Shown piece after piece: positions 28,754 through 37,645 of a stretch of 64,000 nucleotides of DNA. The stretch comes from an uncultured virus (IMG/VR IMGVR_UViG_3300009128_001768). Lineage: Duplodnaviria > Heunggongvirae > Uroviricota > Caudoviricetes. The DNA lies in the IMG/VR virus record IMGVR_UViG_3300009128_001768, positions 1 to 64,000 of that record; one strand, given 5' to 3'. How positions within the stretch are numbered: the stretch's first letter is position 1; each line of letters starts with the position of its first letter. Below the pieces are notes generated by a model. That model saw nothing but the letters and a program-made list of their open reading frames with translations, searched no databases and was not told the DNA's origin. Position numbers and translations under genes: made by a program.

Positions 28754-29923
28754 TCATGCTATTATGATCGATTTGCCAGCGGGTATTGGAATCTTCTTAA
28801 GCGCTGTCTGTATATTGTCGGAATCTGCCGCTTGAGCCTCCAATATCTTACTATACGTCAAATTTTCCAATAATTCTTTTAATTGGTCGCGGAGCCTTGT
28901 TTGGTCTTCTCGGCCTCGACCTATCAAATCAGCGCCATTGAGCTGAAGATCACCAGACGGGATTGGAACGGCAGAGAATTTCGATCTTACCTGTCCTAAT
29001 AATTCTTCGCACAAGGCTTTAGCATATTGTCTTACCCATTGGCGTCCTATAGAATTAACATTGTCATAAGTAAAGCGCCCAAATGGAACATTTGAAATAT
29101 CAGAGACACCGTATATCGTATCATCTCTAATATCTGGACTAATTGGATTTGGGCTATATGCAATACGTATCCACAGCTTTCCAGGATTATCCCCCGTTGG
29201 CTTCGGAAATATCCTTATCTTACTACCGATTATTTTATATGAATAATTTGATCTTCGAACTCTATTTGACACACCCATCTGGCCAGCCCGAAGGACATCT
29301 TCAAAAACCGGCAAAACGTAAAATACAGTCTCTGGAGTAAATGATTCAAAACTAAATTCATTGTTTAAATAATTCACAGATGAAGTTGTGTCAAAAAATC
29401 TGTAAGCGGCTTGCGGAGAGAAGTGAAATACTTCTTTTATCCGCATCTTTGTTCGAGGATCGTTCAAGCTACTAGACACCATGAGGTTGCCACCATTGTC
29501 TTTTAACGTTTCATAAATGTCATAATCTTGAGAACCGGTGTTTAGTGCTATGGACCCTGAGAATTCGTTATACGAACCCCCTACACCGCCCTCCATTGCA
29601 TAGGGCTCAGCCATCCTTAGGAGATATTCAAGATTTTGCTTTGGAAACAATCCAGTTACTTCATCACCACTTCCGGTCGGCATACCAAGAAGATTCGGAG
29701 TTTGTGAAAGAGCGTTCGCCTCATTAACAATTCTTCCATATTCTAAGAATGATTCTTCTAAACATGCCCAAATTTGTTTTTTCGTTAATTCGACGCTTAA
29801 TATATCATCGCCCAACTTCTGTTTGACAAACGTAATCACAGAATCAGCTTCCGTTTGAAACGCTGTGTCTGTGTCGAAAAAACCGAATGGTGTCGGATTT
29901 CTGGTAAAAGCGAAAGTCGGCAT
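28754..29923 (-). CDS. Neck / head-tail adaptor protein (gp13-like)
   Basis: KLGDDILSVEL, WVRQYAKALCEELLGQVRSKF, QLNGADL. Immediately downstream of the capsid gene. Confidence 0.8.
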   Translation of the reverse strand: MPTFAFTRNPTPFGFFDTDTAFQTEADSVITFVKQKLGDDILSVELTKKQIWACLEESFLEYGRIVNEANALSQTPNLLGMPTGSGDEVTGLFPKQNLEYLLRMAEPYAMEGGVGGSYNEFSGSIALNTGSQDYDIYETLKDNGGNLMVSSSLNDPRTKMRIKEVFHFSPQAAYRFFDTTSSVNYLNNEFSFESFTPETVFYVLPVFEDVLRAGQMGVSNRVRRSNYSYKIIGSKIRIFPKPTGDNPGKLWIRIAYSPNPISPDIRDDTIYGVSDISNVPFGRFTYDNVNSIGRQWVRQYAKALCEELLGQVRSKFSAVPIPSGDLQLNGADLIGRGREDQTRLRDQLKELLENLTYSKILEAQAADSDNIQTALKKIPIPAGKSIIIA

Positions 29924-29937
29924 ATCACACCCTGTTC

Positions 29938-29944
29938 TAACTAT
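29938..29944 (-). promoter_or_regulatory. ATANTTA motif (candidate late promoter) before the neck genes
   Basis: ATAGTTA located just downstream of the capsid terminator, where re-initiation would be needed. Confidence 0.65.
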
Positions 29945-29984
29945 AGAACTAGAGCATAAAAATCATGTCAATCACGATGAAATT

Positions 29985-30015
29985 AAAAAGGCGGGGTCCT
30001 CGAAAGGACCCCGCC
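29985..30015 (-). terminator. Rho-independent terminator after the major capsid gene
   Basis: 11-bp stem GGCGGGGTCCT/AGGACCCCGCC with a TTCG loop on the minus strand, then TTTTT. Confidence 0.88.
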
Positions 30016-30043
30016 AGATTTTTACGAACGAACTATCTAAACT

Positions 30044-31951
30044 TTAGATTACGTCCATGTTCTGGACAGTCACTGTGCCGTAGAAGTCGTTACGGACCAT
30101 CTTCTTACCATAGCGAGTCATCACGCCCTTGCGGGGGGTGAAATCCTCAGGAGCGAAGATAGTGGGAGTAACGATTAGCGGTACATACGGAGCGTACACA
30201 TACCCAGTCTCCAGATAGCTACCACCCTTGTACCCAACAAGAATCTTGTTGCGTGGGAAGTAAGGATCCTTATAGACTGTGAAGCGATTGCTAAGCGTAC
30301 CAACCTTCTCACAACCCAACGTCATTCCGCCCGCGACCTGGCCATCACCATCAAGGGTGTAAGCAGGACGATAGAGGACAGAAGCCTCGAGGATAGTAGC
30401 AACATCAGGACTTACGACCATGAAGTTTGCAGAGCCTCTAAGGGTCTTACGATGGATTTCGTTCGCCACATCGATAACTGTCTCTACAAGAGTCTCGTAC
30501 CACTCGCGGACTGTACCAGTAAAGGATGCATGTCCTGCTTGGGTTGAACGATTCTCGACTAGAGCACCAGTCTTCTTGTTGACGAAACGACCGGGCTGAC
30601 GTGACCAGTAATAAGCTGTATCGGCTTCTACCAAGAGATCGTTAAGGATCTCACGGTCAATCTCTAGAGCAATCTGCTCGGAGAGGATCTGAGTAAGCTC
30701 AACCTCAGCGTCCAGGCTGTGGTAGGCATTCAGGTCCTGAGCAAGCTCGGGAGACCAACGGGCACGCAACTTACGGGTCTGAGCGACGACTGAGATACTC
30801 TCAATCTTGATATCGATCTCAGGAATCTGAGGCTTCGGTGATGTACCGAAATCAGACTCGAACACCGGCACGACAAGAGTATCGCCAACACCAGATGTAA
30901 CATCGAGACTATTGCCCTTCGGATACGAAACGCAGAAGGCCTTCAGGTCTGTGCTACCCAACGCGGTACCAGAAAGTACCATCAACAACGCTGCACCAGA
31001 GGTGGATCGCGTGGCCATTGGAGCTGCTGTGATTGCACCACCCGCAGAGGATGACGTAATCAGCTGGTTGAGACGACGGATGTTATACACACCCGCTCCG
31101 CCCTGGTATATGTCGCCAGGAACAGCAAGGTCCGTTGAGGTACTGTTGAAACCAGCGGTACCGGTTAGTAACAATGCACATTCCTTAACCGCGGTAGGAT
31201 CGAAGTCGGAACCCAGTGCTCCGAGATTGACAGCCAAGAAGCGGAACTTGCCACTCTCGCTATCAACCTTAGTTGTGACCGTAGGATCAAACTGTGCGAA
31301 ACGACCGTCTGCACCAGCAGATGCAATCCCGCCGGCAGACGTTGAACGACTCTGTGTAGCAGAACTACCAAGTACGAAGCATGCGTTCGCGACGGTTGTG
31401 ATGTTACTACGAGCGTGGACTCTAGAATAACCAGAGCCAGCAAGGTCATACTGCCCACCGGTACCAAGAGATCCAGACTGGATACCCTTACCTACGGGGT
31501 TATTATATATGGACTGACCTTTCGTGTAGATCGACTTGGACGATGTACCGATACCTGTGGTAGCCGTACCACCAATGTTGGTGCCATATGTGTAATCCAG
31601 ATAGAAGAGCAGACCAGAAGGTAAGCTCATTGGCTGAATTGATACTAGCTCATTCGCAACCAGCCCACCGAAAACTCGGCGTACGATTGGGAATGCGATG
31701 TTAGTGAAACCTCGGATGTCACCAGATGAAGCGGAGGGGCTCATCCCACCACCACCGAGAGTGTTTTGCTCCCGGAGTATCTGACCTGCCTGGTTCTCGA
31801 GTAGCTGTGCCATGTTTTCACGATGGACGCCGTCGAGACCTCGCAGGAGACCGGTCCGAGTCCACTTTTCTGTCAAACGACGTCCATGGCTGCCCATGTG
31901 ACGCTGACGGATACCTTCCGTCAGTTGATCGAGTGTGAACTTCTTAGACAT
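30044..31951 (-). CDS. Major capsid protein (T4 gp23-like)
   Basis: LLENQ, FPIVRRV, VSIQPMSLPSGLLFYLD, AQTRKLRARWSPELAQDLNAYHSLDAEVEL, EIDREI, YAPYVPL, GVMTRYG. Confidence 0.97.
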   Translation of the reverse strand: MSKKFTLDQLTEGIRQRHMGSHGRRLTEKWTRTGLLRGLDGVHRENMAQLLENQAGQILREQNTLGGGGMSPSASSGDIRGFTNIAFPIVRRVFGGLVANELVSIQPMSLPSGLLFYLDYTYGTNIGGTATTGIGTSSKSIYTKGQSIYNNPVGKGIQSGSLGTGGQYDLAGSGYSRVHARSNITTVANACFVLGSSATQSRSTSAGGIASAGADGRFAQFDPTVTTKVDSESGKFRFLAVNLGALGSDFDPTAVKECALLLTGTAGFNSTSTDLAVPGDIYQGGAGVYNIRRLNQLITSSSAGGAITAAPMATRSTSGAALLMVLSGTALGSTDLKAFCVSYPKGNSLDVTSGVGDTLVVPVFESDFGTSPKPQIPEIDIKIESISVVAQTRKLRARWSPELAQDLNAYHSLDAEVELTQILSEQIALEIDREILNDLLVEADTAYYWSRQPGRFVNKKTGALVENRSTQAGHASFTGTVREWYETLVETVIDVANEIHRKTLRGSANFMVVSPDVATILEASVLYRPAYTLDGDGQVAGGMTLGCEKVGTLSNRFTVYKDPYFPRNKILVGYKGGSYLETGYVYAPYVPLIVTPTIFAPEDFTPRKGVMTRYGKKMVRNDFYGTVTVQNMDVI

Positions 31952-31978
31952 GTTTTTTTCTCCTTTAGAAAGTAGCGT

Positions 31979-33745
31979 CTATTTGGTGTCGATGCCAGCA
32001 AGAACTGCCCAACGATCCTGGTGCTCAGCACCCTCTGCGACGCTACCTGCGCTGCGAGTGGGTCTGGATGCGGAACCGAGAACTCTTCTCCCTGACGATC
32101 CCTCGGATAGGGACCTTCTCTTAAGTGAGCGAGTCAAGCTGTCATAAACAAGCTTGGCTTCTCTAATGGTCTTGGCACTATCTAAAGCCTCGACAATGGC
32201 ACGCTGCTGCTTCGAACTTACATTACGATTTTGCATCAGTTTATTCACATAAAGCAATTTTGCGTTAAAAAGATTCATTTCGGAAAGCTTACGCTTAAGA
32301 ACTTTGTTCTCAACTGTAACCTTCCGGGATACGGATTGTGTGCGTCGGCCGGATGAGCGTCTCTGAGCTGCTGCTCTACGACGACTTTCGGCTACGCGGC
32401 GGCGACGAGCTGCTCTACGACGACGATAGGATTCCGGCATTGCATCACCAGCAGGAACCGGGGGACCAACCTCAGGTGTCGGAACACCAGGATCACCAAG
32501 CTCATCAGCCAGTGCGTTAATAAGGTCATCCTCATCAACATCAAGAATAACGTCACCTTCATCATCTCCACCGTGTGCAAGCGCTGGATCGGCGGCAGCT
32601 GCTCTGCCAACTTCCTGCTCCTGGAGACGACGGGCACGGAGGCGTCGAAGTTCACGCTTAAGCATGCGGGGGTCAATCTCATAAACCTCACCGAGGTCTC
32701 CAAGATCTTCCTCACCCTCGAGGCCTTCTTCGTCCTCAAGTCCTTCTTCGTCTTCAACTTCACCCTCAGGTTCGACAACAACGTCTAATCCGAGTGCTAC
32801 GCCAAGGTCTTCTATTGCAGTTTGAGCGGCGTCTAGTTCGACCTCACCCTCCACTGCTTCCTCGTCAGCAACTCCTTCATCTCCAAGAGCTGCTTCATCT
32901 CCTTCGAGATCATCGAGGTCCTCTTCTGCTAGGAAGAGGTCCATTTCATCTAGTTCTTCCATGCCATCTCCAGCCTCGAATAGACGGTTGAAAATGGCGC
33001 GGCTGCGTCGGTCAGTCATTTGTTTCATCTCCTTTAAAGTTTCGAAAAGTACAAGACGAACCTTTTTCTCATTGTTGTTAGGGATAACTATTGACTCCCT
33101 ACGCAAATTGATCATTTCGTCTAAAAGTTTTGTATATGACTTTTTAATTACAGCGCGTTGCCTTCGGGACAATCGACGATATTCGACCCCCTCCAACAAT
33201 GCATCCATTCTCTTAACCTTCCGTCGAAGCTGTATATTTCTCTCAATCAGCTTATTTACGTTGGAAGACTTAGAGTTATTGCGTTTCATCTTTCGCCTGG
33301 ATGAAACGCTCTCTCGTGAGAGAGAAGAATTTTCGGAAACGCTTACGTTCACGTCTCCTTGAGCATTTACGACGACAGAAGCATCATTGTCGAGTTCGAC
33401 ATCATCCTCATCGTCAACTAATTCATCGGGAGCCATTAATTCTAGCTCCATTTGATCAAGGGGGTCGACAGCGACATCATCAATGGCAGGAAGCGCTTCC
33501 ACTTCCCCTACATCAACGGCAACGTCGTCAACCACAGCATCTACGACATCATCCGCTAGCGGGCTGTCGTCTTCTAATTCATCAATTTCTAAATCATCTG
33601 GCTGCTCAGACAACAATTGAGCTTCTACCATCGCTTGAATTTTCGGGGTAAGAGCTTCTATAATCTTATTCTTAGCGTTCTGCTCGGCCATAGCTTTAAG
33701 CTGCTGGGCCTCCTGAATCGCTTCCATGTAGAGATTTGTTGACAT
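31979..33745 (-). CDS. Prohead scaffold/core protein
   Basis: 588 aa, highly acidic and coiled-coil, directly upstream of the capsid gene. C-terminal EMNLFNAKLLY...AKTIREAKLVY...RWAVLAGI. Confidence 0.75.
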   Translation of the reverse strand: MSTNLYMEAIQEAQQLKAMAEQNAKNKIIEALTPKIQAMVEAQLLSEQPDDLEIDELEDDSPLADDVVDAVVDDVAVDVGEVEALPAIDDVAVDPLDQMELELMAPDELVDDEDDVELDNDASVVVNAQGDVNVSVSENSSLSRESVSSRRKMKRNNSKSSNVNKLIERNIQLRRKVKRMDALLEGVEYRRLSRRQRAVIKKSYTKLLDEMINLRRESIVIPNNNEKKVRLVLFETLKEMKQMTDRRSRAIFNRLFEAGDGMEELDEMDLFLAEEDLDDLEGDEAALGDEGVADEEAVEGEVELDAAQTAIEDLGVALGLDVVVEPEGEVEDEEGLEDEEGLEGEEDLGDLGEVYEIDPRMLKRELRRLRARRLQEQEVGRAAAADPALAHGGDDEGDVILDVDEDDLINALADELGDPGVPTPEVGPPVPAGDAMPESYRRRRAARRRRVAESRRRAAAQRRSSGRRTQSVSRKVTVENKVLKRKLSEMNLFNAKLLYVNKLMQNRNVSSKQQRAIVEALDSAKTIREAKLVYDSLTRSLKRRSLSEGSSGRRVLGSASRPTRSAGSVAEGAEHQDRWAVLAGIDTK

Positions 33746-33769
33746 TATATTATCCCGTAACGCACATTC

Positions 33770-33776
33770 TAAATAT
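33770..33776 (-). promoter_or_regulatory. ATANTTA motif (candidate late promoter) before scaffold-capsid
   Basis: ATATTTA 24 nt upstream of the scaffold ATG. Confidence 0.6.
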
Positions 33777-33805
33777 GCAATTAAAACGAATATTCCTATT
33801 CTGCA

Positions 33806-34381
33806 TCACTCAATTTCCTCTTCTTGTCTAATAATATCACCAATTACTTTTCGAAGTTTCACGATTGTTGGATCTTCGCCGTCTTCAATCTCAGAAAATT
33901 TTACAGTATCGCCTGATGTAACTGGAGCTTGAGACCACCCTCGATATGTACCAGTTCTAGAATATTGGCCTGGATTATATGCAGCCGGTGTGTTTACGCC
34001 GCCGCCGCCCTGCAGGCGGTTTTTATACATACTCGGGAAAGGAACCATCCCTGAACCAGCTGCCTCTATATTCAAACCGGAATCGGGACCAACTCTTCGG
34101 TTACCACCCTGAAATGCAAAACGATCGGCTGCTCGCCCACTTAGCGAATCAGTCGAGTCAGCAGTACCGCGCATTTTATTTAAGACTCTTTTTATAAGGT
34201 CTTCATCCTCAATAAACATTTCATCATCAAAAGAAACAGGCTCAGCGTACGGAAAATTTCCGCCCTTTACTCTTTGTTTGTGAAAACGATCCGAGCTTCG
34301 ACCGTAGCCAGCGTCTCTTTTAGCATCATAACTACGTCCCGGACGTAAACCTATGCTTGTCGGGTTATCGGGACTGCTCAT
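33806..34381 (-). CDS. Hypothetical protein (head cluster)
   Basis: 191 aa ORF co-oriented and tightly packed. C-terminal helix KLRKVIGDIIRQEE. Confidence 0.65.
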   Translation of the reverse strand: MSSPDNPTSIGLRPGRSYDAKRDAGYGRSSDRFHKQRVKGGNFPYAEPVSFDDEMFIEDEDLIKRVLNKMRGTADSTDSLSGRAADRFAFQGGNRRVGPDSGLNIEAAGSGMVPFPSMYKNRLQGGGGVNTPAAYNPGQYSRTGTYRGWSQAPVTSGDTVKFSEIEDGEDPTIVKLRKVIGDIIRQEEEIE

Positions 34382-34387
34382 TATAAA

Positions 34388-34864
34388 TCAGGGACTCGGT
34401 GCCTTACCCATCACGTAATCGCCCAATGTCATGGTCGATTGCGCGGCGGAAGATTCCGCTGGAGTAAGTTGAGAACCAACACCAGAACCCCATTGATCAT
34501 TCGGCGTCTGGCCAAAACCATCAGGCGGATCGGCCTGGTCAGCAGGATTCATACTACCGGGTCCAGGAGAAACAGGGTTCGGTACCCATGGAGAAGCAGG
34601 CAGACCGCCACCTCCTTTTTCGACGTCGCCATAATCAGGTGCTTCAGTATAATCGCGTTCGAATACTCCGAAAGTGTGACCAGCATCGTTTACTTCACCG
34701 TCTAATAGCAAAGCCTGGCCTTGTTCTGTCACGCCATCGTCAGTTAAATCACCGAGATAAATTGGAGACGCAGGAAAACTAGCTTGAATTGTCGTTGTGT
34801 CGGCGCTGCCTAAATCAGCGACAGTCACAACAGCTTCTACCATATTTTGCTTGTGGGAAGGCAT
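34388..34864 (-). CDS. Hypothetical protein (head cluster), Pro/Gly/Asp-rich
   Basis: 158 aa ORF with an AAGGA SD, tightly packed with neighbours. Confidence 0.7.
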   Translation of the reverse strand: MPSHKQNMVEAVVTVADLGSADTTTIQASFPASPIYLGDLTDDGVTEQGQALLLDGEVNDAGHTFGVFERDYTEAPDYGDVEKGGGGLPASPWVPNPVSPGPGSMNPADQADPPDGFGQTPNDQWGSGVGSQLTPAESSAAQSTMTLGDYVMGKAPSP

Positions 34865-34878
34865 TTTTTATAGTTCCT

Positions 34879-35151
34879 TTATAGTTTCTTTAGAATTTTA
34901 CGACGCAATCTTGTACGACGTTCGTGGACTTGCTTGAGCTTCGTGTACAGACGACGCTCATGAATTTTAAGAGCTTTCATCCAGTCGATATCAGACTCAA
35001 GAGAATCAGCGTACTCATCGCCCTCTACCTCTTCAGCCTTTACTTTCTCAGGGTCTTCCACTCCAGTCTCTAATGTTTCTCGAATTCTTCTTTTTTCTTG
35101 AAGCACAAGCTTCTTGAGAAGAGCGGGTGTAAGTTTTGTAGGTCTTGCCAT
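34879..35151 (-). CDS. Hypothetical protein (head cluster)
   Basis: 90 aa with a strong GGAGG SD. N-terminal KLTPALLKKLVLQE. Confidence 0.75.
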   Translation of the reverse strand: MARPTKLTPALLKKLVLQEKRRIRETLETGVEDPEKVKAEEVEGDEYADSLESDIDWMKALKIHERRLYTKLKQVHERRTRLRRKILKKL

Positions 35152-35199
35152 TTGAATCCTCCGGAATAATATTACTTATTTCGCTCAATTAGTTTGTTA

Positions 35200-35631
35200 T
35201 CATTTTTTAGGCGAATCACTAAAAGCTAGCGTTGCCCAATTCTGTGCTGCTCCACCGAAAAGATCAGTGGGATCGTTATTAGCTACTATTCTCGTCGCGG
35301 TATCACCACGACCAACAGGCGCGCCTTGTTCGGCTTCAGCTTGCTCCTGTAACGTCGTCGCGGCAGTGTCTTCAAAAATTGCAGCCATTATCGGATCACT
35401 AGTGATATTTTGCACATCGATCGGTCGTCGTGGGGGAAGAGTATCGTATTTCAAATTATCCAATGCAGGTCGGGAAACCTTTTGCTTCTTGACAGTTTTC
35501 CTCGATCTCTCTACCAGCTTTGCCGATCGATCTTCGTTTAAAGAGTCCTCTGTTCCTGTTGCTTCCAAGAGAATCTCAAATAAACACTCTTTTACCAGCG
35601 TTTTCAAAGTTGAACGTGATACCTTAGCCAT
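35200..35631 (-). CDS. Hypothetical protein (head cluster)
   Basis: 143 aa. N-terminal KVSRSTLKTLVKECLFEILLE. Confidence 0.75.
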   Translation of the reverse strand: MAKVSRSTLKTLVKECLFEILLEATGTEDSLNEDRSAKLVERSRKTVKKQKVSRPALDNLKYDTLPPRRPIDVQNITSDPIMAAIFEDTAATTLQEQAEAEQGAPVGRGDTATRIVANNDPTDLFGGAAQNWATLAFSDSPKK

Positions 35632-36188
35632 TACCCAATCCCATGATAACCAGAAGAGCCCGTTAGACTAAGCTGGTCCCGAGATATGCCTGTCAGGCCA
35701 GCAATAATTGTAAAACCGCATGCGCCGGCGCTGGTGTCTGACCTTAAGAAAAGATCGGTACAAGCCAGTTCAAACCGAACGCTAGGTGCGCCCACAATTC
35801 CAGCACCCGCTGCAGTCCCACCAGCATTTGGCCCAACAACGAAATAATTCTTGTGGGTGTTTTGCTGATCAGCAGCTGAGGGCGCCGGTTGTGGTGTCAC
35901 ATATTTTTCTGTTCCATTCGTCTGTATTTCTCCGGTGGGAACTGATCCTGTAACCGCACCAAGACCGTTAACACCGTTTTGCGAAAATCCAACACGTAAA
36001 TTCCCAGAAGTTGCGTCAGAACCACTAACTGCTATTTGAAACCATCGAGTCACACGAGGAAAACTAATTTGTACAACGTTCCCCGAAGCTGTGCACTCAT
36101 CGTCTGCTGATGACGTAACGTACGGTGTTCCACTTACTTGATATGCTGATGCATGTCCTAAACCTGGGCTCGGCCAATTAGAGCTCAT
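35631..36188 (-). CDS. Hypothetical beta-rich protein, possibly virion-associated
   Basis: Gly/Ser/Thr-rich, overlapping both neighbours. Start moved to ATG 36188. Confidence 0.7.
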   Translation of the reverse strand: MSSNWPSPGLGHASAYQVSGTPYVTSSADDECTASGNVVQISFPRVTRWFQIAVSGSDATSGNLRVGFSQNGVNGLGAVTGSVPTGEIQTNGTEKYVTPQPAPSAADQQNTHKNYFVVGPNAGGTAAGAGIVGAPSVRFELACTDLFLRSDTSAGACGFTIIAGLTGISRDQLSLTGSSGYHGIG

Positions 36189-36798
36189 CGTCTTCACCCC
36201 ACTCTAATATTTCGTTAAACATTCTATAAATTCTATCTGATTGATTGAACACATCATCTAACTCATTCTGTCTTACTACTCGTCCCTCACGCATCATAAA
36301 TGCGCCAGGAGTTGATGGCTCTGATACAAAATCCCAACAAATAAGTTGAAAATCGTCTTGCACAACGTCAGTGTCTCCACTTCGCTTTGTTGATCCAACG
36401 CCTCTACTGGATATCCCAAGTGTTACTCCTGCTTCGACAAGCTTCTGAAGAATTTCACCAGCTGGGGTATCGAGAAGTTCGACAATTCCATAACATATAT
36501 CACCATCCATATACGCTTCTCTCACAATATGGGATGCATTTTTCAATTCAACAACAGAGCTATCAGGATGATCGCACTCACCAAGAGCTCGATTCTCTTG
36601 AATAAATTTCTGATAATTTCGCACCTCGCGATCTAAGATCGCGCGGGGGTACACTCTACCATTCTGATTCAGAGTGTCAGCCTTTTGCAATACACCCTTC
36701 ATCACAATCTTACCATCATTTTCTAATTTAGATTGTTCCACGAGCTCTTTAGTATATTCAAAGGGGGCCCATTCTGTCAAAAGCTTAAGTTCAGCCAT
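36178..36798 (-). CDS. Prohead maturation protease (T4 gp21-like)
   Basis: NQNGRVYP, ALGECDHP, SHIV, LDTPAG, LGISSRGVGS, DFVSEPSTPGA. Start moved to ATG 36798. Confidence 0.95.
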   Translation of the reverse strand: MAELKLLTEWAPFEYTKELVEQSKLENDGKIVMKGVLQKADTLNQNGRVYPRAILDREVRNYQKFIQENRALGECDHPDSSVVELKNASHIVREAYMDGDICYGIVELLDTPAGEILQKLVEAGVTLGISSRGVGSTKRSGDTDVVQDDFQLICWDFVSEPSTPGAFMMREGRVVRQNELDDVFNQSDRIYRMFNEILEWGEDDEL

Positions 36799-37645
36799 TA
36801 TCATCTCCCGCGGTTAACTCTTCGGTGAGTTTCATCAACGTTAAATATTGAGATATAACAGAGTCATCTACCTCAAGAGCAGACAAATTCTTAATTTTTT
36901 CTTTTACCCCACCAATTTGCTCACACAAAATATCATTCTCGCATGCTCGCTCAAACGAGGTTAGCTTATCAAGGGTCGTCTTTTGAATTTCAACGAGCTT
37001 GTTAGAAATATCACTTGATGAATCTTTTTGTTTTGAAAAAACATATTGCTTCATCAACAACGTTTGTTCTTCACTTAACACTTTTCCAAAACGCTCACGC
37101 ATTTTTTCTTGCATAATCTGGACGGCAAGCCTATTCACATCCGGGGTGGCTAGCGCAGTGAGGTCTGTTGTAGCTTTCTCTTTTAACAGATGCTCGTGTA
37201 GAGACTTCTCAAACTTGGTGGTAACAGTTATATCTGGATCTCTGCTTCGCCAATTATTCAACAGCGTCTGGACTGTTGCGAAAGCTTTATATTCTGTAAC
37301 TCTTCTGCTGTAGAAGTCTGGTTCTGCAATACGATAATTTATGTCTCTTATTAAGGCAGACTTTTCTTGTCGTAATCTAGTCATATTCATATTACGTGCA
37401 GCTTGCTTTGCTTCATTTATTATAGAGACAGCCAACGAGGGGCTGGGTACTTCAGTCGTTACCAAAGCTCGAAATAATCGAAATTCTCGATGTAATTCAG
37501 TGCCCTTCACAAAGTGGCTCTTTAATATGCTTAGAGCAACATGCGAATCTTGCTCTCGGCCCTCCACTAATGCCGAGGAAATGTACTCGGATAATTGAGC
37601 GAAGAGAACTCCTACATTCCTCTTTTTGTTATGTTTAACTTTCAT
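36791..37645 (-). CDS. Hypothetical protein between portal and protease
   Basis: Start moved to ATG 37645 (MKVKHNKKRNVG), which has a GGAG SD and avoids a long overlap with the portal. Predicted helical. Confidence 0.75.
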   Translation of the reverse strand: MKVKHNKKRNVGVLFAQLSEYISSALVEGREQDSHVALSILKSHFVKGTELHREFRLFRALVTTEVPSPSLAVSIINEAKQAARNMNMTRLRQEKSALIRDINYRIAEPDFYSRRVTEYKAFATVQTLLNNWRSRDPDITVTTKFEKSLHEHLLKEKATTDLTALATPDVNRLAVQIMQEKMRERFGKVLSEEQTLLMKQYVFSKQKDSSSDISNKLVEIQKTTLDKLTSFERACENDILCEQIGGVKEKIKNLSALEVDDSVISQYLTLMKLTEELTAGDDNG

